A stretch of 37,700 bases of DNA. It comes from a virus. This document shows, one piece after another, positions 1-7,229 of this stretch. Positions within the stretch are counted from its first letter, which is position 1; the number at the start of each line of letters is the position of its first letter. Both the position numbers and the translations under genes were made by a program. The notes below the pieces were generated by a model. It made no database searches. It was not told the origin of the DNA and saw only the letters and a program-made list of their open reading frames with translations. Location: UHGV virus genome UHGV-1371623. The stretch is one strand, 5' to 3'.

Positions 1-63
1 CCCCTGCTAAGGGAGTAGAGGTGTAAAAAGCCTGCGAGAGTTCGAATCTCTCCTTCCGCGCCA
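1..63 (+). tRNA. 3' portion of a class-II tRNA, probably tRNA-Ser(GCU); the 5' half lies outside the window
   Basis: The sequence ends ...GAGTTCGAATCTCTCCTTCCGCGCCA. The T-arm GAGAG/TTCGAAT/CTCTC is followed by a 7-nt acceptor strand, a discriminator and CCA. Upstream, CTGCTAA (anticodon GCT) forms the anticodon loop and there is a long variable arm. Confidence 0.55.
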
Positions 64-64
64 A

Positions 65-112
65 AGTACCCGGAAACAGCGTAAAAGCGTTGTTTCCGGG
101 TACTTTTTTGCT
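65..112 (+). terminator. Rho-independent terminator after the tRNA; may also serve the convergent int gene
   Basis: A ~16-bp near-perfect stem GTACCCGGAAACAGCG / CGTTGTTTCCGGGTAC with loop TAAAA is followed by TTTTTTGCTTTT. Confidence 0.7.
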
Positions 113-160
113 TTTATAGTTTGAAATGCGGCTCTGTACAAAATGGAACAAAAGTGGTGC

Positions 161-1336
161 CTAATCGTGCTCTGAGGCATCAACACTTGCCCCGTGTGTA
201 ACATTATGTGCAACATCATTTTCCCCTGTATTTGGTGCTCCGGGCATTTGATTCACGGCAGCGGCCATGCTGGACATATCCGGGTGGATGTATCGCTGCG
301 TCGTGGTATACTTGCTGTGCCGCATGATCTCCTGAATCACGGACGGTGCGATATTTTGCAGTGCCAGCGCCGTGGCCGTCGTGTGGCGGCAGGAATACGG
401 GACAAGCCGCCGCACCCCCGCTTGCTCAAGGGCCTCATAATAGCGCGTGTAAAATGTCTGCTCCATCATAGGACAAAAATTCCCGACGCGAGATTTATTC
501 TCCTCGCAGAGCTGCCGGATGACCGGCGCGAGAAAGTCCGGAAATACCATGGGTGTCTCTTTGCGCTTTTTTGTTTTGATGCCGCTTTTGACGATCTCGT
601 TGCGTTCAAAGTCGATGCAGGCTTTTTTGAGCCCGCGCAGCTCCCCGGGCATCATGCCTGTGTAGATCATGGTGAGGATATAGCCGACAAAGTGATTTGT
701 GAGATACGCCTCCCATAGTTTTTTGACCTCGTCGTCTGTAAACGGCTCCGGCGGGGTCTCGATCAGCTCCGGGAGCGTGATGTATTTTGAGAGGTTGACC
801 GTCACAGCTTTCTCAGCCAGAGCCAGATTAAAGCAATGCGAGAGCAGCGTCTTCATGTCCTTCCGCGTATAGTATGTGCTGGCCTCGCGGTCAACGACTT
901 CCTGGATCTGATGGATGGTCAGGTTGTCCATCTCAATATCTGCCAAGGAGGACAGGCGCTCATAGGCTTTTCGCATGGCGGACTGTTTGTCGCGGGACAG
1001 TTTTTTGTATTTACCTGCTTTGTAAGTCACCCAGTATTCCCGCAGCGTGGGTGCGGCCGGCGTTGGCTTCGGTGGGTCTGACGCATAAGCTAGGGCGGCC
1101 CGTTTGGTCTTGAAGCCGCCCTTCGTCTTTACGGTCCGCCGCAGTTTTCCGTCCTCATCCAGATAGGAGCCTGTGCTCCACTTGGCTGTCCATGTGGCGC
1201 CGCGCTTGTAGGCGGTGCCCTGTCCATTGCCGCGAGAGCGTATCCCGCCGCGCATGGCCGCGGTCTCCTGCTTCGCGCCGCACTGGGAACAGAACGGGCC
1301 GTCCGGAACGTCTTGTTTACATTTGCGGCAGATCAT
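161..1336 (-). CDS. int: Tyrosine-type phage integrase with an N-terminal zinc ribbon
   Basis: The 391-aa product starts MICRKCKQDVPDGPFCSQCG (a C4 ribbon). The C-terminal catalytic motifs are RHTTATALAL and MRHSKYTTTQRYIH (R..H..R..Y). A GGGGGTGA RBS precedes the start. The gene lies adjacent to the tRNA. Confidence 0.9.
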   Translation of the reverse strand: MICRKCKQDVPDGPFCSQCGAKQETAAMRGGIRSRGNGQGTAYKRGATWTAKWSTGSYLDEDGKLRRTVKTKGGFKTKRAALAYASDPPKPTPAAPTLREYWVTYKAGKYKKLSRDKQSAMRKAYERLSSLADIEMDNLTIHQIQEVVDREASTYYTRKDMKTLLSHCFNLALAEKAVTVNLSKYITLPELIETPPEPFTDDEVKKLWEAYLTNHFVGYILTMIYTGMMPGELRGLKKACIDFERNEIVKSGIKTKKRKETPMVFPDFLAPVIRQLCEENKSRVGNFCPMMEQTFYTRYYEALEQAGVRRLVPYSCRHTTATALALQNIAPSVIQEIMRHSKYTTTQRYIHPDMSSMAAAVNQMPGAPNTGENDVAHNVTHGASVDASEHD

Positions 1337-1340
1337 AGCG

Positions 1341-1743
1341 TCACCCCCAATAGCGGAGACAGCTCGCAGCCGTCAGATGGTCGCGCACCCAGCCGATCTT
1401 TGGACTGAGCAGATCGACGAGCAGGAGTATCCCGGCCAGAAATACAATGCCGAGCAGCGCGGCGATGATCTTTCGCTTTAACTTCATGGATTGCTGGCAG
1501 AACGTGACTGTTTGACGTAGGTGCTCAATTTCCTTCCGTGCGTCGTGAAGCTCCTTCTGGATATCAGATTCCGGTGGAACATCATCCGGATGGATGTCAA
1601 AAAAGCGGTCGAGCGAGATATGCAGGAGGCGACAGACAGGGCCTACGGTGTCGATTCCTGGATTTAATATTTCACCGCGCATGAATTGACCAATGTTCTT
1701 CAGAGACTTTCCGGAGGCGTTAGCCAAATCTTGATAGGTCATG
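1341..1743 (-). CDS. XRE-family HTH regulator with a C-terminal transmembrane helix (membrane-anchored); alternative start at 1898
   Basis: The HTH reads MTYQDLANASGKSLKNIGQFMRGE. The C-terminal hydrophobic stretch is IIAALLGIVFLAGILLLVDLL. An AAGGAAAG RBS sits 6 nt upstream of the ATG at 1743. The 1744-1898 extension is AT-rich and promoter-like rather than coding. Confidence 0.6.
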
Positions 1744-1922
1744 TTCGGATAGCGGCTTTCCTTCTTGTTTCGACAAATTTCAGACAAATCTTGTTTCAAA
1801 AAACGACTTCCTTTCAAAAAAAGCACTTTTATGGGAACAAAAAAGGAAATTACGGTTCTCGACAAATCACCTTCCCGGGGTGTAATCTGTACTTGCAAGC
1901 AGCTCCCACACGCTTGCAGCGG

Positions 1923-1962
1923 CCAAAAAGCCCCGCCGTCGATGGGATGATCGACGACGGGG
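1923..1962 (-). terminator. Minus-strand rho-independent terminator downstream of the 1971..2849 gene
   Basis: On the minus strand a stem CCCCGTCGTCGAT..ATCGACGGCGGGG (one mismatch) is followed by CTTTTTGG. Confidence 0.6.
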
Positions 1963-1970
1963 CAATCCCA

Positions 1971-2849
1971 TCACAACTGTATAGTCCACTCGCCCACTGC
2001 CTTAACAACAAGGAGCACTGGCGATCCAGAAATCATGACCGTTCCATCATAAGACTCTGTTGTATTTACGAGCAAGTCATTATTGACACCGTATGTCCAT
2101 ACTGCGAAATGATGCTCACTGGAATTTCCAGTTATATGCGCGGTTGTTCCGTGACTCTTAATCAATAGAACAGCATCGCCATATCCGGAATAATTACTAT
2201 CTGCACTAATACTGCCTGTGTCATAAATGGATCGCAGTTCGATTTTCCAACTGCCACTAGCCTTTACCTCGATCGTCGAAACATCGTAGCTTGGATCTAT
2301 CGTAAATCCGCTATACGGATCAGTTGTATTAACCAAAAGTTCTCCATACTCGCCAGCCGAATTGTATGTAGTCACCGCAAAATGTTCTGAGCTGCTATTT
2401 CCAGTGATATAAAACGCAAATGGATAAGATGGCGTGTTGATTGACAGAACATCATCCCCATAGCCATCAAACGTTTGCGGAGCCGGGATATCGACCGGAA
2501 TCCTCACTTCACCTTGAGACTGTCGAGCGTTTTGATCAGTTTCTGCTTGAATAGATGGCGCATTGAGCGGTATTTCCGAAACATTCGGTTTGGTATTTAG
2601 CTGCACTGCTCCAATTATACTGCCAACGATTGGAACCAACGCAAGAACGGCGATTACCAAAAACAGCGGTATTTGATAAAGCTTCCTGGCTGATACTGTC
2701 TTGCACCATTTTGCTGTTCGGACAACACCTATCAGCGGCAAAACGATCCCCAGCAAGTATATGCGAAATATCAGCATAACCAAGCCAACAACAATCAAGA
2801 CTACGGACGAAGATACCTTTTTCGCACTGCTGCTGTCATTTGTGCTCAT
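1971..2849 (-). CDS. Low-GC membrane protein with 2-3 N-terminal TM helices and a C-terminal ectodomain built from two ~75-aa tandem repeats; function unknown (candidate superinfection-exclusion protein)
   Basis: The hydrophobic segments are VVLIVVGLVMLIFRIYLLGIVLPLIGVV and LFLVIAVLALVPIVGSIIGAV. The repeats are FDGYGDDVLSI...ITGNSSSEHFAVTTY...LLVNTTDPYSG and YSGYGDAVLLI...ITGNSSEHHFAVWTY...LLVNTTESYDG. A GGAGGA RBS precedes the start. The gene is markedly AT-richer than the prophage backbone. Confidence 0.75.
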   Translation of the reverse strand: MSTNDSSSAKKVSSSVVLIVVGLVMLIFRIYLLGIVLPLIGVVRTAKWCKTVSARKLYQIPLFLVIAVLALVPIVGSIIGAVQLNTKPNVSEIPLNAPSIQAETDQNARQSQGEVRIPVDIPAPQTFDGYGDDVLSINTPSYPFAFYITGNSSSEHFAVTTYNSAGEYGELLVNTTDPYSGFTIDPSYDVSTIEVKASGSWKIELRSIYDTGSISADSNYSGYGDAVLLIKSHGTTAHITGNSSEHHFAVWTYGVNNDLLVNTTESYDGTVMISGSPVLLVVKAVGEWTIQL

Positions 2850-3000
2850 ACATCAATCCTCCAATAAAGCTATTCTGGGAAACTGCTGATTTGTGCGATA
2901 TAATATACATGACCGTTGGGCAAAGGAAAATGAAAAAGAAAGGAACGCTTTGGTATGACTGAACTGCTGAAAGAATTGATGTCGCTGACACCAGAAGGAA

Positions 3001-3342
3001 TTAGCCGTCTTGCCGGGTATATCGCTGCCTTAAAAACGCGAGATAAGACCGAGCCTCAGCCTGAGCGTCGGGCGGAAGTTCCATAAACTCTTTCGCAACT
3101 TTATAGACCTCATCGGGTACTCCGGTGGGGTTTTCTTTTTTTATATCGCCATCTTCAATTAAATAATCAACGGTGACGTCGAAATAGTCGGCGATCATCT
3201 TCCAGATTTTCATTCCCGGATCATACTTCCCGGTTTCATATCCCGATATCGCCGCTTGCGACAGATTAAGTGCTTCAGCGAGTTCCTTTTGGTTAAGTCC
3301 CTTGCTCAGCCGCACTTGTTTAAGACGATTCACTGGCCTCAC
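3001..3342 (-). CDS. cI-like XRE-family repressor
   Basis: The HTH reads LSKGLNQKELAEALNLSQAAISGYETGK. The gene faces away from the early operon and is divergent from the cro-like gene. The start is GTG, with an alternative GTG 9 nt in. Confidence 0.8.
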   Translation of the reverse strand: MRPVNRLKQVRLSKGLNQKELAEALNLSQAAISGYETGKYDPGMKIWKMIADYFDVTVDYLIEDGDIKKENPTGVPDEVYKVAKEFMELPPDAQAEARSYLAFLRQRYTRQDG

Positions 3343-3418
3343 CTCGTTTATATTATATCAGCCAATTTTATTTTTCCTACGAAATATAAAGAAAATTTAT
3401 AAAATTTGATTTTTGCTA

Positions 3419-3447
3419 TTGACATATCAAGATACTTGATATATAAT
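3419..3447 (+). promoter_or_regulatory. Early rightward promoter with a palindromic operator in the spacer
   Basis: The -35 TTGACA (3419-3424), an exact 17-nt spacer TATCAAGATACTTGATA (a perfect inverted repeat TATCAAG-ata-CTTGATA) and the -10 TATAAT (3442-3447) are all present. An extra half-site TATCAA lies at 3454-3459. Confidence 0.75.
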
Positions 3448-3486
3448 CCAGAATATCAACAACGCTTATATTTTACAAGAAACGGA

Positions 3487-3699
3487 GTGATTAAAATTAA
3501 CGGCATCAAATGCAAACGAGTCGAAGCAGGTTTGTCTCAGAAACAACTCGCCGACATCATGGGTGTAACACAGGCGGCAATTGCCAATTGGGAAACCGGC
3601 GGCGTGTATCCTCGCGCCTCGCAGCTCCCGGCGCTGGCCGAGGCGCTGAACTGCACCATCGACGATCTTTACAACGGCGGGAAGGAGGCGGACGGATGA
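3487..3699 (+). CDS. Cro-like XRE HTH protein; start codon uncertain (GTG 3487 or non-canonical ATT 3490/3496)
   Basis: The HTH reads KRVEAGLSQKQLADIMGVTQAAIANWETG. The ORF upstream of 3487 overlaps the promoter and so cannot be coding. The stop overlaps the next ATG (ATGA). Confidence 0.65.
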   Translation: MIKINGIKCKRVEAGLSQKQLADIMGVTQAAIANWETGGVYPRASQLPALAEALNCTIDDLYNGGKEADG

Positions 3700-3899
3700 C
3701 GGACGCAAGATTACGGCGCAAGGTCATGAGTCTAGAGCGGCAGGTCGCCGAACTGACGGAGCGGCTGAACGCGCAGCGCGGGCCTTGCAGGGTGAACATC
3801 TCCGCCAGTTCGGTTGACCTCGACGAAATCATTCAGGTTGTTGCTCGAAATAATCCGCGAGCCACTGATGATAGGCCGCCAGATACCCCAGCGCCATAA
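3696..3899 (+). CDS. Small coiled-coil protein (67 aa) translationally coupled to cro
   Basis: A GGAGG RBS precedes the ATG at 3696, which overlaps the cro stop. The N-terminus MTDARLRRKVMSLERQVAELTERLNAQ is coiled-coil-like. The 3' 71 nt overlap the convergent gene 3829..4068. Confidence 0.45.
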   Translation: MTDARLRRKVMSLERQVAELTERLNAQRGPCRVNISASSVDLDEIIQVVARNNPRATDDRPPDTPAP

Positions 3900-4068
3900 C
3901 ATTTGCGGCATGGAGTGTGTCCTCCGCAATCGAGGACGCAAACGCCGAAACGTTCTCAGGTGACATTTGGTCGATCTGATACAGATGCTTAATTGATGCA
4001 AGTTTTTTCAGGTCTGGTTCAGTTGCCCTGAGATGCGCTTGAAATTCTGCAAAGTCTGGAAAAGTCAT
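3829..4068 (-). CDS. Hypothetical protein (79 aa) encoded antisense to the early operon
   Basis: A strong AGGAGGTG RBS lies 7 nt upstream of the ATG. The sequence MTFPDFAEFQAHLRATEPDLKKLASIKHLYQIDQ... has protein-like composition. Confidence 0.55.
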   Translation of the reverse strand: MTFPDFAEFQAHLRATEPDLKKLASIKHLYQIDQMSPENVSAFASSIAEDTLHAANVMALGYLAAYHQWLADYFEQQPE

Positions 4069-4132
4069 TGTTTTTCACCTCCTGCACCTAACGGTAACAC
4101 GAGTGGTGGAAAACATCAAGAAGGAGAAGAAC

Positions 4133-4252
4133 ATGAACGAGCGAGAGAAAGAGGAACGTCAATACCATGTCGGCGTGGCGATCAAGCTGGTTTTGCTGGC
4201 GCTTGCGCTGCTTGGGTGGATCATTGAGCTGAAAAAGCTCGGCGCATTTTGA
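4133..4252 (+). CDS. Small hydrophobic protein (39 aa, one TM helix); below the ORF-track length cutoff
   Basis: A GAAGGAGAA RBS is followed by ATG. The product is MNEREKEERQYHVGVAIKLVLLALALLGWIIELKKLGAF. Confidence 0.45.
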   Translation: MNEREKEERQYHVGVAIKLVLLALALLGWIIELKKLGAF

Positions 4253-4268
4253 GAAAGGAGCGAACGAT

Positions 4269-4469
4269 ATGTCATTGGAAGACCTGAAGCAAATGAATTG
4301 CATGACGATCACCCCGGCCATTGCGGCGACCTGCCTCGGCTGCGATCCGCAGTGGATCAGACTGGCGGCGCGCCAGCGGCCGGAGCTGCTCGGCTTCCCG
4401 GTCTGCTGTGTCGGCAGCCGCGTGAAGATCCCGCGCCTGCCGTTCATCCGGTTTTTGGAGGGCACATGA
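4269..4469 (+). CDS. Excisionase/HTH_17 (MerR-like) family DNA-binding protein
   Basis: An AAAGGAG RBS precedes the start. The motif ITPAIAATCLGCDPQWIRLAARQRPELLGFPV...GSRVKIPRLPFIRFLEG resembles Xis/AlpA-type HTH proteins. Confidence 0.65.
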   Translation: MSLEDLKQMNCMTITPAIAATCLGCDPQWIRLAARQRPELLGFPVCCVGSRVKIPRLPFIRFLEGT

Positions 4470-4511
4470 TCTCCACCACTGATATTATCCCACCAAAGGA
4501 GTGAGAAATCC

Positions 4512-4958
4512 ATGCAGGAAGCATACATCAATATCTGCGCGGGGTGTCGAAAAAAGGCACATAAGACGCAGGAGCAGTGGGCAGAAGTACTGCGCGTGTC
4601 GGTCGAGACGGTCAAGGCATGGGAAGGCAATCACCGTATCCCGGACAACTATCATGTCTGCCTGATGGTCAATGCCTGCGGCGATACCTGGTTCGCGTAC
4701 AAGCACCTTTTGCAGACCTCGGACAGCCTGAACGTGCTGCCGGACACGAAGCGCCAGCCGCTGCCGCTGGCCGTGATCCAGCTTGTCAACCGCATCATCG
4801 GCTTTGCCGACCGGAACCGCGACAAGGAGCTGCTGCGCATCGCTGAGGACGGCGTGATCGACGCCAACGAGCGGCCGGAGTATGACACGATTGTAGATGA
4901 GCTGAACGACATCATCGCGGCGGCCTACACGCTGCGCTATGCGGAGGATTCGGAATGA
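4512..4958 (+). CDS. XRE-family HTH protein with a C-terminal extension (regulator or antirepressor-like)
   Basis: An AAGGAGTG RBS precedes the start. The HTH reads KTQEQWAEVLRVSVETVKAWEGNHRIP. Confidence 0.65.
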   Translation: MQEAYINICAGCRKKAHKTQEQWAEVLRVSVETVKAWEGNHRIPDNYHVCLMVNACGDTWFAYKHLLQTSDSLNVLPDTKRQPLPLAVIQLVNRIIGFADRNRDKELLRIAEDGVIDANERPEYDTIVDELNDIIAAAYTLRYAEDSE

Positions 4959-5058
4959 AAAGGGCAGAAAAAAAGAGCCGCCCGGCTGCTGCGAACAACC
5001 GAGCGACTGCGTATCCCGTGAACGAGACACTTGAAAGCATCTTCAGTATATCATCAGA

Positions 5059-5862
5059 ATGTTTGTTTTGCAAGGGGGTGAATCGATTTTGAGCGAAGAT
5101 TTTCGCGCCTTCTGGTCGGTCATCCCGGCCACGGTGCTGGATGATATGTCCATCCCGGCCAATGCGAAGATCCTCTATGGGGTGCTGTCGTCTTTGATGC
5201 GGCGCGAGGGTTATTGCTGGCCCAGCAATGCGCAGCTCGCCGAGGCGATGCACTGCTCCGAGGACGTGGTCAAACGATGGGTGTCGGCGCTGGCCGAGGC
5301 CGGACACATCCGCGTCCGCATCGAGCCAAACCGCAAGGTCGGCGGCAAGATCCGCTACATCTCGCCAGTGCTGGCAGAGCCGTCCATCACGCCCTCGCAG
5401 GATGGGTACGGGGACGAATGTCACGGTACGTACGGGGATAAACTTCCCCGGGTAGGGGGACAAACTTCCCCGTCTATATATAAGGATGGATATAAAAAAG
5501 AGAATAAAAAGAAAAAGGAAAAAGAAAAGCCGCAATCGGCTGACGCCGTTGCGTCCGCGCTCCTGTATAAATGCGAGCAGAACGGTCAGCCGCTGGTAGA
5601 TGCCATGCAGCGGTTTTTGCAGATGCGCGTTGAGATCAAAAAGCCGGTCAAGTCCATGCAGGCTGCTGCCATGCTTTGGAACAAGCTCGTCAAGCTGTCT
5701 GCCGGAGACCCGGACTACATGGTCGCCCTGCTGGATAAGGCGACCGAGCGGCAATGGCTGAGTCTGTTTCCGCTGAAGGATGACGAGCTGCCGCAACGCA
5801 GACAGACCGTCCCCGCCGACAATGCCGGGCGCGTGGATCTCAGCGGCGTGGAGTTTGTGTGA
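5059..5862 (+). CDS. Phage replisome organiser / DnaD-like replication initiator (N-terminal winged-helix, C-terminal DnaD-like domain); likely true start TTG 5089
   Basis: The N-terminal winged helix reads SIPANAKILYGVLSSLMRREGYCWPSNAQLAEAMHCSEDVVKRWVSALAEAGHIRV. A K/E-rich linker follows. The C-terminus is ...LVDAMQRFLQMRVEIKKPVKS...MVALLDKATERQWLSLFP. A GGGGGTGA RBS sits 8 nt before TTG 5089. Confidence 0.7.
   Translation: MFVLQGGESILSEDFRAFWSVIPATVLDDMSIPANAKILYGVLSSLMRREGYCWPSNAQLAEAMHCSEDVVKRWVSALAEAGHIRVRIEPNRKVGGKIRYISPVLAEPSITPSQDGYGDECHGTYGDKLPRVGGQTSPSIYKDGYKKENKKKKEKEKPQSADAVASALLYKCEQNGQPLVDAMQRFLQMRVEIKKPVKSMQAAAMLWNKLVKLSAGDPDYMVALLDKATERQWLSLFPLKDDELPQRRQTVPADNAGRVDLSGVEFV
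5434..5528 (+). promoter_or_regulatory. Candidate phage replication origin inside the organiser gene: two iteron-like palindromic repeats plus an AT-rich tract
   Basis: GGGGATAAACTTCCCC (5434-5449) and GGGGGACAAACTTCCCC (5455-5471) are each internally palindromic (GGGGA/TCCCC). An A/T-rich run TCTATATATAAGGATGGATATAAAAAAGAGAATAAAAAGAAAAAGGAAAAAGAAAAG follows in an otherwise 60% GC gene. Confidence 0.4.
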
Positions 5863-7229
5863 TGGCCAGCAAACAAGATGCGCTGATCAGCGCACAGACT
5901 TCCGTCCTCGGCTCGATGATCATCGATTCGCGCTGCGTCCCTGTCGTGATGGAGACGATCAAGGAGGACTATTTTACGGTCGGCCAGTATCGGACGATCT
6001 TCAATGCGATCCGTGCGCTGGCTGGCGAGGGACGTCCGATCGATGCCGTGACGGTGCTCGACCGGGCTGGAAAAGCCTACGCCGACCTGATCGGCCAGAT
6101 CATCACGGTCACGCCGACCGCCGCCAATGTCCGCGAGTATTGCCGTATCCTGCGGAGCGAGGCCCGCTTGCAGCTGCTCAAGGACGCAGCCAGCGCAATG
6201 CTCGACGCGGAGGACGAAGACGAGATCCGCACGGCGCTGGATCAGGTCAACCGCATCATGGTCGACAAGCCCGGCATCCGAGCCATGAATATGGCGCAGG
6301 CGCTGGAAGACTTCTACAGGCGGCACGATCCATCCGTCAAGCCGGACTTCCTGCCGTGGAAGTTTGCCAAGCTCAACAAATACCTCCGGACGGAGCCGGG
6401 AGACCTCATCTACATCGGCGGCTATCCCTCGGACGGAAAGACCACGCTTGCACTGCACACGGCCCGTGAGCAGGCCAAAACAAAAAAGGTCGGATTTTTT
6501 AGCTATGAGACAAACTGTGGGAAGCTGGCGGACGCGATGGTCTGCGCTGCCGCGCAGATCGGCTTGCCAACCATCCAACTCAACAAACTCGGCGAAAACG
6601 AGTGGGACGAACTGGCCTACATTTCCACAGATTTCACGGGCCGTAATCTCGACATCATCGAGGCTGCCGGCATGACGGTCACGGACATTCGCCTCTACAC
6701 GATGGCACACCACTACGACGTGATCTACATCGACTATGTCCAGCTCATCCCGGCCAGCGGAAAAAGCCGCTGGGAACAGGAGGATTTCCAGCGGGTCAGC
6801 GCGAACAGCCGCGCGCTAAAGCTCTTCGGCCTCCAGTGCGGTGTGACGATCGTGGCCCTCAGCCAGATGACGAGGCCGCAGCGCAACAAGGATGGCCTGA
6901 TCCCACCGCCGACAATGTCCAGCCTCCGCAGCACCGGCCAGATTGAGCAGGATGCGGACGCCGTCCTGCTGATGTTCCGCGAGGATCAAAAGGCAAAGGA
7001 TGCCGACCGCATCATCACCTTCGGCAAGATCAAGACCGGCGCGGCCGGCGGCTCTTTCAAGCTCCACTTTGACGGTGAGATGCAGACGTTCAGCGACAAG
7101 CCGAACGAGCGCAAGCAGCGCCGCGAAGAGGTACAGCAACAGACGAAAATGCAGGAATTCCGGGAACTTCCAAAAAGCGAACCGCTACCGGATGATTTCC
7201 CGTTTGAACGAAAGGAAGATAACACATGA
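5862..7229 (+). CDS. dnaB: Replicative DNA helicase, DnaB family
   Basis: There is a DnaB N-terminal domain and a RecA-like C-terminal domain with Walker A GGYPSDGKTT. The start overlaps the upstream stop (TGATG). Confidence 0.85.
   Translation: MASKQDALISAQTSVLGSMIIDSRCVPVVMETIKEDYFTVGQYRTIFNAIRALAGEGRPIDAVTVLDRAGKAYADLIGQIITVTPTAANVREYCRILRSEARLQLLKDAASAMLDAEDEDEIRTALDQVNRIMVDKPGIRAMNMAQALEDFYRRHDPSVKPDFLPWKFAKLNKYLRTEPGDLIYIGGYPSDGKTTLALHTAREQAKTKKVGFFSYETNCGKLADAMVCAAAQIGLPTIQLNKLGENEWDELAYISTDFTGRNLDIIEAAGMTVTDIRLYTMAHHYDVIYIDYVQLIPASGKSRWEQEDFQRVSANSRALKLFGLQCGVTIVALSQMTRPQRNKDGLIPPPTMSSLRSTGQIEQDADAVLLMFREDQKAKDADRIITFGKIKTGAAGGSFKLHFDGEMQTFSDKPNERKQRREEVQQQTKMQEFRELPKSEPLPDDFPFERKEDNT

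Noticed and set aside
194-718. 174-aa plus-strand ORF antisense to the integrase gene
   Set aside because: It is fully contained in int on the opposite strand with no RBS. It is a typical spurious antisense frame in GC-rich coding DNA.
2955-3092. 45-aa plus-strand ORF (MTELLKELMSLTPEGISRLAGYIAAL...) with an AAAGGAA RBS, overlapping the 3' end of the repressor gene
   Set aside because: The repressor C-terminus encoded on the other strand (…LPPDAQAEARSYLAFLRQRY) is continuous with a bona fide HTH protein. The plus ORF is probably fortuitous, though it cannot be fully excluded.
3425-3441. The operator half-site CTTGATA equals the pC194-family dso nick heptamer; it also occurs at about 12993
   Set aside because: A 7-mer is expected by chance several times in 37 kb. 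It is part of the repressor palindrome, far from the Rep gene, and has no origin-like context.
4088-5030. Minus-strand ORFs 4088..4630 and 4485..5030 (180/181 aa)
   Set aside because: They overlap the well-supported plus-strand Xis-like and XRE genes, which have RBSs and HTH motifs. They are Arg/Pro/Gly-rich products typical of antisense frames in high-GC DNA.
5427-5440. Near-palindrome CGGTACGTACGG just upstream of the iteron-like repeats
   Set aside because: It is an imperfect, very short palindrome (GTACGTAC core) and could be coincidental. It is kept only as context for the ori hypothesis.
4912-6713. Long minus-strand ORFs 4912..5796 and 5715..6713 plus the internal plus ORFs 5214..5455 and 5780..6469
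   Set aside because: They are antisense to, or out of frame within, the DnaD-like and DnaB genes, which have clear domain signatures. Their composition (R/G/P/A-rich) indicates non-coding frames.
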